From Candidatus Saccharibacteria bacterium oral taxon 488 (GTDB lineage Bacteria > Patescibacteriota > Saccharimonadia > Saccharimonadales > Saccharimonadaceae): DNA of 32,000 bases. The DNA lies in the NCBI GenBank assembly GCA_010202845.1, contig CP047921.1:750001-782000 (forward strand), in the 5' to 3' direction. Below, piece after piece: positions 25,315 to 32,000 of the stretch; within the stretch, counting starts at the first letter, position 1, and each line of letters opens with the position of its first letter. The notes below the pieces were generated by a model. It had not been told where the DNA came from. It made no database searches and saw only the letters and a program-made list of their open reading frames with translations. A program made the translations under genes and the position numbers.

Positions 25315-26900
25315 TAAGCAATGGCTCCGTATACCGTGATAGCTACGAGGCTAATTATCGCAAAGACCACCATGATTGGCATCGAGCGCTTCAACCATGC
25401 ACGGTACGACACGCCGGCTAGGGCCAGACCGCCCATCAATGAAGCAATGGTTGGCGCCATCATATTCAACAGACCCGATGCCGCGGCAAATGCGACAACG
25501 ATAATCTCCTTGCTAGAGCCGACTAGATCAGCCACCGGCGCAATGACTGGCATAGTTGCCGCCGCTAGACCTGATGATGACGGAATGATAAAGCTCATCG
25601 GCAAGTAGAAGATATAGGCGAGAATACCAACAAAGCTACCCGCACCCTTCAGGGCAGATTCGCCCCAGCTGATAATGGTGTCTTGGATGGCACCATTCTG
25701 CATCACCACGCCGACACCGGCGGCCACCGCAATGATCAGCGCCACACTCAGTAGATCGGCTGTACCCTTCAGGAAGGTGTCAACAACGAAGATTTCCTCT
25801 TTCTTGAATTGGCGATAATAAATCGCTGCGATAACTAAGGTTGACAACAGGAACAGGGTCGAGATCTCGTTGAAGTACCACTCACCAAATGGCAAGACAT
25901 GATCGAGACCCAAGATAGCACCAACGACCGGTAGCTCTGTAAACCATTTATGGATATCGGCGAACAGCGTGATCCCCCAGTTGCCCCACGGGATAAGCGA
26001 GATGATCATCAATAGGAAAGTGATGCCAAAGACCGCCATCACTGCTTTACGCGGACCGGTAAATTCTGGCACGTTGCTCATATCAAGTGCGGTGGTGGCT
26101 GGCTTATACCGAACATCATCTTTATACTTACCAGCCTTTACCTTTGACGCGTATCGCATGGTGAACACGATAGCCGCGACCAAACAGAGCAGCAAAATGA
26201 TTGATTGGAGACCCAATATATTACCGAGCGGCACGTCAGCCGACTTGGCAGCGATACCAGTTGAAAATGGGTTTAACGTTGAACCAAGCACACCAGTACC
26301 AGCACCCAGCACGATCACCATCACCGCAGTCATGGCGTTATAGCCAGCCGCCATCATGATCGGCACCACCAGCGCGTAAAACGCCACTGCCTCTTCCTGC
26401 ATGCCGTAGGTGGTACCACCGATAGCGAAGAACGTCATGAGAATTGGGATGAGCCATTTCTCCTTGCCCTTCATCTTACGCAGCATGGCACCCAGTGTCG
26501 CATCCAGTGCGCCAGTCTTCATCGTCACCCCGAGGAAGCCGCCGAGGATTAACACGAAGACGATGACGTCGAGCTTCTCACTCATGCCCTTGATCGGCGC
26601 AAGTGCTGCATCCCACAAACCTTGGCGGGAATCAGTGGTCGTCTCGGTGCCGTCATCGGCTTTTTTAGTAGTGATTTTATCAGTCTGTTTGTACGTACCA
26701 GCGATGCGCACTGTCTTTTCCGCATCATTTGGATCTGGTTTTGTGTTGTACACACCAGACGGGATAATCCACGTTAGGACCGCCATCAAGGCAATCACCA
26801 CAAACAGCACAGTAAAGGCTGAGGGCGAGCGCAGCTTTTTCTTAATTTTTTTCATTTTTTCTACCATGTCCGGAGCCTCCTTTACTCCTGTATTAGACAT
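25314..26900 (-). CDS. YfcC / DcuC-type (C4-dicarboxylate anaerobic carrier family) membrane transporter; putative arginine/ornithine exchanger by operon context
   Basis: 528 aa polytopic membrane protein whose overall sequence resembles the YfcC family. It is embedded between arcB and arcC with 0 and -1 nt spacers. Confidence 0.8.
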   Translation of the reverse strand: MSNTGVKEAPDMVEKMKKIKKKLRSPSAFTVLFVVIALMAVLTWIIPSGVYNTKPDPNDAEKTVRIAGTYKQTDKITTKKADDGTETTTDSRQGLWDAALAPIKGMSEKLDVIVFVLILGGFLGVTMKTGALDATLGAMLRKMKGKEKWLIPILMTFFAIGGTTYGMQEEAVAFYALVVPIMMAAGYNAMTAVMVIVLGAGTGVLGSTLNPFSTGIAAKSADVPLGNILGLQSIILLLCLVAAIVFTMRYASKVKAGKYKDDVRYKPATTALDMSNVPEFTGPRKAVMAVFGITFLLMIISLIPWGNWGITLFADIHKWFTELPVVGAILGLDHVLPFGEWYFNEISTLFLLSTLVIAAIYYRQFKKEEIFVVDTFLKGTADLLSVALIIAVAAGVGVVMQNGAIQDTIISWGESALKGAGSFVGILAYIFYLPMSFIIPSSSGLAAATMPVIAPVADLVGSSKEIIVVAFAAASGLLNMMAPTIASLMGGLALAGVSYRAWLKRSMPIMVVFAIISLVAITVYGAIA

Positions 26901-27890
26901 CTACAGCGTCAAAGCGATAACCGCTTTGATGGTATGCATACGATTTTCCGCCTGGTCAAAGACGATCGAATTTGGTGAGCGGAAGACGTCATCCGTCACC
27001 TCCATCGCCTCTAGCCCGAAATCGTCCCTGATGTGCTGGCCGGTCGTGGTCAACGCATCATGAAAGGCCGGCAAGCAGTGCATGAACTTGACCTCAGGAT
27101 TGCCGGTGAGGTTCAGCATGTCGCGATTAACCTGGAAGTGACGCAGCTGGTTGATGCGCTCAGCAAACTTATCCTCTTCGCCCATCGACACCCAGACATC
27201 GGTGTAAACGACATCAGCACCGCGCAGGGCTTCCTCAAAATTATCAGTGATAGTAATCCGCCCGTGGTTCTGGTGCGCCAGCTCATGCGCGTGATGGACG
27301 AGGCCCTCCTCAGGGAACAATTCACGCGGTGCCAAAATCCGAAAGTCCAGCCCCATAATCGCCGAGCCGAGCAGCAGGCTGTTAGCCATGTTATTGCGGC
27401 CATCGCCGACAAACACCAGCTTGACGCCGTGCAGCCGACCGAGGTGCTCCTCGATAGTCATAAAGTCGGCTAGAATCTGCGTTGGATGGAACTTATCAGT
27501 CAATCCATTCCATACTGGCACGCCGGCGTGCTTCGCTAGATCTTCTACCGTTTTGTGTGCAAAACCGCGAAACTCAATACCGTCAAACATCCGGCCCAGC
27601 ACCTTGGCGGTGTCCTCGACCGTCTCTTTCTTGCCAAGCTGAATATCGTCTTTACCGAGATATTCCGGCGCGATACCGAGGTCGTTGGCCGCCACCGTAA
27701 AGGCGCAGCGCGTCCGCGTCGAGGTTTTTTCAAACAACAACGCAATGTTCTTGCCCTCATGAATCCGATGCGGCGTACCGGCGTACTTCATCCGCTTATA
27801 TTCATTCGCCGTCGTTAGTAGCAACCGAATATCACCCGCAGTAAAATCACCCAGTGTTAGGAATGATCGCCCTTTCAAACTTTGTGCCAT
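26901..27890 (-). CDS. arcB: ornithine carbamoyltransferase (catabolic by context)
   Basis: 329 aa with STRTRCAF (carbamoyl-phosphate site), HPTQ, DVWVSMG and HCLPAFH motifs. Confidence 0.93.
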   Translation of the reverse strand: MAQSLKGRSFLTLGDFTAGDIRLLLTTANEYKRMKYAGTPHRIHEGKNIALLFEKTSTRTRCAFTVAANDLGIAPEYLGKDDIQLGKKETVEDTAKVLGRMFDGIEFRGFAHKTVEDLAKHAGVPVWNGLTDKFHPTQILADFMTIEEHLGRLHGVKLVFVGDGRNNMANSLLLGSAIMGLDFRILAPRELFPEEGLVHHAHELAHQNHGRITITDNFEEALRGADVVYTDVWVSMGEEDKFAERINQLRHFQVNRDMLNLTGNPEVKFMHCLPAFHDALTTTGQHIRDDFGLEAMEVTDDVFRSPNSIVFDQAENRMHTIKAVIALTL

Positions 27891-29126
27891 TTATACATCC
27901 TCCCGTACTAGCGGCATGCTCATACAGCGCGGACCACCACGGCCGCGGCCAAGCTCAGCGCCGCTGACTTCGATAACTTCAACGCCGTGCTCGCGCAATT
28001 TTTGGTTCGTCACATAGTTGCGGTCATACGTCACCACCACGCCCGGCGCAATTGCCAAGGTGTTCGAGCCGTCGTTCCACTGCTCGCGGGCTGCTGCGAT
28101 CGGATCGCCGCCGCCACATTCGATCAAGGTAACGCTCGGCAGCCCCAAGGCCACTCGCAAGACATGTTCGAGATCCGTCTCATGCGTAATGCGCGGGAAC
28201 GGCTGTCCCTCAACCTTTTCCAATACGAAACAATTCATCTTGCCGCCGCGGTCGCGGATTTCCGGATGAATAGTAAACTTGTCCCGATCAATCATGGTAA
28301 ACACCGTATCCAGGTGCATAAAGGCGTGCGACTTCGGAATCTCCATAGCAACGACTTTCTTAAAGCCAGAGCCAGCAAACAGTTTCGTCGCCATCTTTTC
28401 AATTGCCTCAGCCGTGGTGCGCTCCGATACGCCGATGGCCATCACTTCACTGCTCAACACTAGCTCATCGCCACCTTCAATTGAGAATTTTTCATGGCGA
28501 TCATACCACACCGGCACATTCTTGCCGGCAAACCGTGGATGATGATCAATGATGTAGCGCATGAATAGCGACTCTCGACGACGCGCCGGCCAGTGCATCT
28601 TGTTGATCGTCAGACCGTGACCAATGGTTGCAGCCGGGTCACGCGTAAAGTACAAGTTCGGCATCGGATCGAGATAGAATGGATAGTGATTTTTCTCGAT
28701 CATATTGTGCAGCTGCTGGTGCTGATCTGGCGGCAGCGTAATCTCGTCCTTGCGCACACCGGCCATAATTTTACGCACCATCGCGTTCGTTGGCAGGTCC
28801 AGCAGGAACTGGCGCAGCACTCTGGTAACACGGCGCGAGCCTTGCTTCGAATTTGCCAACATTTCATCAACAAACTGCTCACGTAATTGATCAGTATATA
28901 GCGCCTCGGTCACCAGCTGATCGAGATACAACACCTCGACACCGTGATCACGCAATACCTGAGCAAACGCATCATGCTCCTTTTGGGCGACCTGCAAATA
29001 CGGAATGTCGTCAAACAGCAGATCAGTCAAGTAGTCTGGTGTTAAGTTTTCTAATTCTTCGCCCGGACGATGCAATAGCACCGCCTTGAGTCGGCCAATT
29101 TCTGATGTAATATGTAATGGATCCAT
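27891..29126 (-). CDS. arcA: arginine deiminase
   Basis: 411 aa with [17 protein letters not shown] at the N-terminus, FTRD, MHLDTVF and the C-terminal catalytic [10 protein letters not shown]. Confidence 0.95.
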   Translation of the reverse strand: MDPLHITSEIGRLKAVLLHRPGEELENLTPDYLTDLLFDDIPYLQVAQKEHDAFAQVLRDHGVEVLYLDQLVTEALYTDQLREQFVDEMLANSKQGSRRVTRVLRQFLLDLPTNAMVRKIMAGVRKDEITLPPDQHQQLHNMIEKNHYPFYLDPMPNLYFTRDPAATIGHGLTINKMHWPARRRESLFMRYIIDHHPRFAGKNVPVWYDRHEKFSIEGGDELVLSSEVMAIGVSERTTAEAIEKMATKLFAGSGFKKVVAMEIPKSHAFMHLDTVFTMIDRDKFTIHPEIRDRGGKMNCFVLEKVEGQPFPRITHETDLEHVLRVALGLPSVTLIECGGGDPIAAAREQWNDGSNTLAIAPGVVVTYDRNYVTNQKLREHGVEVIEVSGAELGRGRGGPRCMSMPLVREDV

Positions 29127-29208
29127 ACCCCCATCCCCTTTTTGTTTATGGTTATACTAATAATATAGCATATACTAAACAGAACACAAGTATCATTCAG
29201 GGGCTAGC

Positions 29209-29823
29209 TCACTGCCGAATGATGGCTAACGACGACTCGACTGTCACCTGGGCCGGGTGGCGTCTCAGCCACTCATCGACCGCCCGCGCCGCGCCCGGCA
29301 AGGCTTCATTGGCGTAATCATCAACGATGATGGTTGCTTTCTCATGAAATTTACCATCGCACAATCGAAACGAGTCGGCGATTGATTCATAAAAATCACC
29401 GTCAAAAAACGCAAAGATGATACTTTCCGGCACGTCCTCAGGAATGAAATCAGCAAACCAACCTTTGTGAATAGTTGGTAGTTTTAATCCGGCCTTTTTA
29501 AAGTTTTGGATGAAGGTTTTGCGCGGCGCCAACAATTCGCCAGCTTTGAACTGCTCGCCGGCAGCGCTGTTGTCTGCTTGAGTTTTTTCTGGTAGGCCAG
29601 CAAACGAATCGTAAACATGAAACTCACCAGCAAAATTATAGGCGTCCAGTAGCCGCCGAATGAACAAACTCGTCGTGCCGACGTAACAGCCAAACTCGAC
29701 GATGTTTCCTGCCGCGCCGCTTTGCAGCACCTTTTCCAGTTCCCGCAGCAAAGCGCCGAGTTCTTTGGCGTCAACTTGATCGGAAATGATGGGATATTTG
29801 GCGAGGAGTCGGTCGGTGATCAT
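29209..29823 (-). CDS. TylF-like (macrocin O-methyltransferase family) SAM-dependent methyltransferase
   Basis: 204 aa with IVEFGCYVGTTS (SAM glycine-rich loop), YDSFAGLPE (the DSFxGLP motif of the TylF family) and FAFFDGDFYES. Confidence 0.7.
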   Translation of the reverse strand: MITDRLLAKYPIISDQVDAKELGALLRELEKVLQSGAAGNIVEFGCYVGTTSLFIRRLLDAYNFAGEFHVYDSFAGLPEKTQADNSAAGEQFKAGELLAPRKTFIQNFKKAGLKLPTIHKGWFADFIPEDVPESIIFAFFDGDFYESIADSFRLCDGKFHEKATIIVDDYANEALPGAARAVDEWLRRHPAQVTVESSLAIIRQ

Positions 29824-29853
29824 TACTACTATTAGTATACCAGTTTCTCTTCA

Positions 29854-29862
29854 TGCTAAAAT
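29854..29862 (+). promoter_or_regulatory. extended -10 (TGCTAAAAT) 6 nt upstream of the PEBP gene ATG; predicted leaderless
   Basis: TGCTAAAAT is read directly at 29854-29862 and the ATG is at 29869. Confidence 0.45.
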
Positions 29863-29868
29863 CATAGT

Positions 29869-30330
29869 ATGAAAATTGCTAGTCCTGCGTTCACCGAAAA
29901 CGCTAAAATACCAAAAATTTACTCCAAGTTCGGCGGCAACCAACGCCCACCGCTCGAGATCAGCGACGTGCCAACAGATGCCAAAAGTCTGGTAATCGTC
30001 TGCCACGACCCCGATGCGCCTGGACGCGATGGATTCTATCATTGGACGGTTTGGAATTTGCCGGCCAAAACCACTGAAATCACTGGCGAATCACTGCCCC
30101 TAGGCGCTGTCGAAGGCGTTACCAGTTGGGGTTGTCCCGGCTGGGGTGGGCCGCAGCCGCCGTTTGGCACGCACCGCTATCAATTTTACGTATACGCGCT
30201 GGACACAACGCTGGATCTACCAGACAGCACCAGGCCCAAAGAACTCATCACTGCTCTCACGCCGCACATCATTGACCAGACCGTGTTGACTGGAAAGTTT
30301 GGCGTGTTTGATATTTTCCGGCACGGCTAG
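29869..30330 (+). CDS. YbhB/YbcL family Raf-kinase-inhibitor-like (PEBP) protein
   Basis: 153 aa with CHDPDAP, FYHWTVWNL and GPQPPFGTHRYQFYVYALD, the PEBP signature. Confidence 0.85.
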   Translation: MKIASPAFTENAKIPKIYSKFGGNQRPPLEISDVPTDAKSLVIVCHDPDAPGRDGFYHWTVWNLPAKTTEITGESLPLGAVEGVTSWGCPGWGGPQPPFGTHRYQFYVYALDTTLDLPDSTRPKELITALTPHIIDQTVLTGKFGVFDIFRHG

Positions 30331-30423
30331 CCGAGCCCACCAATTAACCAATAGCCAGACCCGTGAATCTTCCAGTCGCCATCTTTCCTCTCGAGTCATT
30401 TTTTAGTATACTATCTCCAGCGT

Positions 30424-30500
30424 CGGGGTGTGGCGCAGCTCGGTAGCGCGCACCGTTCGGGACGGTGAGGTCGTCCGTTCAAATCGGATCACCCCGACCA
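30424..30500 (+). tRNA. tRNA-Pro (anticodon CGG), CCA encoded
   Basis: It folds by hand as CGGGGTG TG GCGC AGCTCGGTA GCGC G CACCG TTCGGGA CGGTG AGGTC GTCCG TTCAAAT CGGAT CACCCCG ACCA. TATACT at 30407-30412 lies upstream. Confidence 0.92.
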
Positions 30501-30567
30501 TGAAATTATTTGAAGCGTATGTTCATCACCTAGAACCTCTGGCGATCACAAAAGCAAAGGAGGCTAT

Positions 30568-31035
30568 ATGCAGCGACGAGTTAACGTACGCGGAATTATT
30601 ATCAACGATCAGGGCGAGCTATTTTGCCAAAAATTGACCGCCAATAACGGCGCGGGGCGAGAGTTTTGGTGTGCACCGGGCGGCGGTTTGGAGATGGGCG
30701 AAAGTTTGCTGGACGGTTTACGCCGAGAGATGATTGAGGAAACTGGCGTCAAGCCAACCATCGGCAAGCTATTATTTATCCAACAATTTACCGACACCAA
30801 CCCCTCGTCTAAATACGGCATGACCGAGCAACTTGAGTTTTTCTTTTCCGTCACCAACTGGCAAGATTACCAGCATATCGACCTGGAGCAAACATCGCAC
30901 GGCGTCGAGGAAGTGGCGGAATGCGGCTTTGTCAATCCGAAAACCACACGGATTTTGCCGAGTTACCTAACAGAGGTTGACCTAAACTGGCTGGTTAATG
31001 AGTCGACCGACGTTCAGATGATGAGCGAATTGTAA
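30568..31035 (+). CDS. NUDIX hydrolase
   Basis: The Nudix box GGGLEMGESLLDGLRREMIEETGV (GX5EX7REUXEEXGU) is present. An AAGGAGG Shine-Dalgarno lies 5 nt upstream. Confidence 0.85.
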   Translation: MQRRVNVRGIIINDQGELFCQKLTANNGAGREFWCAPGGGLEMGESLLDGLRREMIEETGVKPTIGKLLFIQQFTDTNPSSKYGMTEQLEFFFSVTNWQDYQHIDLEQTSHGVEEVAECGFVNPKTTRILPSYLTEVDLNWLVNESTDVQMMSEL

Positions 31036-31136
31036 CAATCCCACCGAGACTATTTACCAAAGATTTTACTATAGTCAGTTTTCGGATAATCTATCGTGCT
31101 TAACGTACCATTTTTAGCTAACACCCCAATAATTTG

Positions 31137-31586
31137 CTACATATAGTCACGCCGTAGGGTGGTTATTGCATGAACAGCCGCCTCCTTAAGTGCGGGTGAA
31201 TTTTCACTCGCAGACACCACTTCTCGGTAACTGCCCAGACATTTTTCTAATAGCTTCCACCTATCGGCTGGAGACTGGTTGAGCTGATTCGCCAAAACTG
31301 ATATAGCGTCAATAAGTAACGACCGGAGGTCACCCTGAACTGATCTATTGATATATCCTTGCGCGCGAGGAATATCCTCACCGTGATCAACTTGCTCAAC
31401 ATAACCACGAAAACTTCTCGCATATTCAAAGTCAATATAGCGAGTCGCAGAATTATCACCGTCAGAACCCGACAGCCGGACAAGATTACGCATAAAAGCA
31501 TCCTTGTGAGCAATATGTATTTTATGCAACGCAGATAATGCCAGAAGAGCATCCATTAAATGCTGTTTGATATTCTCTGAGCTCAT
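31137..31586 (-). CDS. protein-kinase-like fold, C-lobe half (catalytic loop and metal-binding segment)
   Basis: 149 aa with HKIHIAHKDAFMRNLV (HxDxxxxN) and RYIDFEYA (the DFG equivalent, as in RIO/Kdo/APH-like kinases). The ATG overlaps the upstream ORF's TGA as ATGA. Confidence 0.55.
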   Translation of the reverse strand: MSSENIKQHLMDALLALSALHKIHIAHKDAFMRNLVRLSGSDGDNSATRYIDFEYARSFRGYVEQVDHGEDIPRAQGYINRSVQGDLRSLLIDAISVLANQLNQSPADRWKLLEKCLGSYREVVSASENSPALKEAAVHAITTLRRDYM

Positions 31587-32000
31587 TTCACGCCATGCAA
31601 GACCCTCAAAGTTGACCGCTTTTCATCGAATCGAGTCATGATCCATGCCGAACGGTACTTGGAACTAATGGGCTTCCCTGCTATCATAAGTGCTTGAATT
31701 GAGAAGGGGGCCAGTCCCTGCGTACTAACATACTGGGTCATGGCGACCTCGGCAAGAGCAGTTGTCAGTGGAAGCCGCTTAATAGCAAACTCTTCCTTGG
31801 AGCCACTAACTGTTTTCACATCTACAGTAAATGCTCCGTTGCGAGACGAGCCTTCACGTGATAAATCTCTGTGTGGCTCAGCTGTAGCGACAGGGGGGAA
31901 GTTCGGTGTAACATACAGCAATGGTTTATTGTCTAAATCAAGCTCTGGATAAAACTCCCTGGACATATGATCAACTTGCTCTGACATGTCAGGCAAAGAC
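31583..32000 (-). CDS. protein-kinase-like fold, N-lobe half; start uncertain and may lie beyond the window edge
   Basis: It has EEFAIKRL (VAIK-type lysine), an alphaC-like AEVAMTQYV and hinge-like AWIMTRFDE. The frame is still open at position 32000. The ORF-track start at 31996 is a TTG. Confidence 0.5.
   Translation of the reverse strand, partial: SLPDMSEQVDHMSREFYPELDLDNKPLLYVTPNFPPVATAEPHRDLSREGSSRNGAFTVDVKTVSGSKEEFAIKRLPLTTALAEVAMTQYVSTQGLAPFSIQALMIAGKPISSKYRSAWIMTRFDEKRSTLRVLHGVK

Noticed and set aside
26410-27063. 217-aa plus-strand ORF
   Set aside because: It is antisense to the YfcC-type transporter and arcB and has no motifs. The same reasoning applies to the antisense ORFs at 13884-14291, 27033-27473, 27987-28463 and 15669-16076.
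30428-30637. 69-aa plus-strand ORF
   Set aside because: It starts inside tRNA-Pro and overlaps the well-supported NUDIX gene start, which has a strong AAGGAGG Shine-Dalgarno.
1-32000. CRISPR arrays, rRNA, tmRNA, RNase P, SRP RNA, riboswitches
   Set aside because: No regularly spaced repeats were seen and none of the conserved cores I know by eye were found. A covariance-model scan would be needed to exclude small ncRNAs.

Overview
The window is gene-dense (about 45 genes, mostly on the minus strand) and looks like a reduced bacterial genome. The gene content includes a class I lysyl-tRNA synthetase, an arginine deiminase operon, a lone type IV pilin, a CHAP hydrolase and many leaderless genes. 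This suggests a Patescibacteria/CPR organism, most likely Saccharibacteria (TM7), but that is inference only. Confident core calls are recA, recX, murC, class I lysS/lysK, arcA-arcB-transporter-arcC, an ABC-2 exporter pair, an MFS DHA2 transporter, two CorA paralogues, DsbA-like, CNNM/CBS, PEBP, NUDIX and TylF-like methyltransferase genes, plus three tRNAs (fMet-CAT, a second CAT tRNA, Pro-CGG). The most interesting region is a low-GC segment of about 3.1 kb (16875-19946) inserted at the 3' end of the ABC-2 permease gene. A diverged copy of the permease's last 23 codons and the operon's terminator are stranded on the far side of it. The insert carries four genes: an APH-type kinase, an IMPase-family phosphatase, a HIT protein and a NadD/NMNAT-like nucleotidyltransferase. 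It has no recombinase, and its collective function is not obvious. Other points are a kinase-fold gene split into two ATGA-overlapping ORFs at the right edge, an orphan-gene cluster bracketed by two CAT-anticodon tRNAs, and a recurrent -10 box 6-8 nt upstream of start codons. No CRISPR array, rRNA, transposase or integrase was seen.
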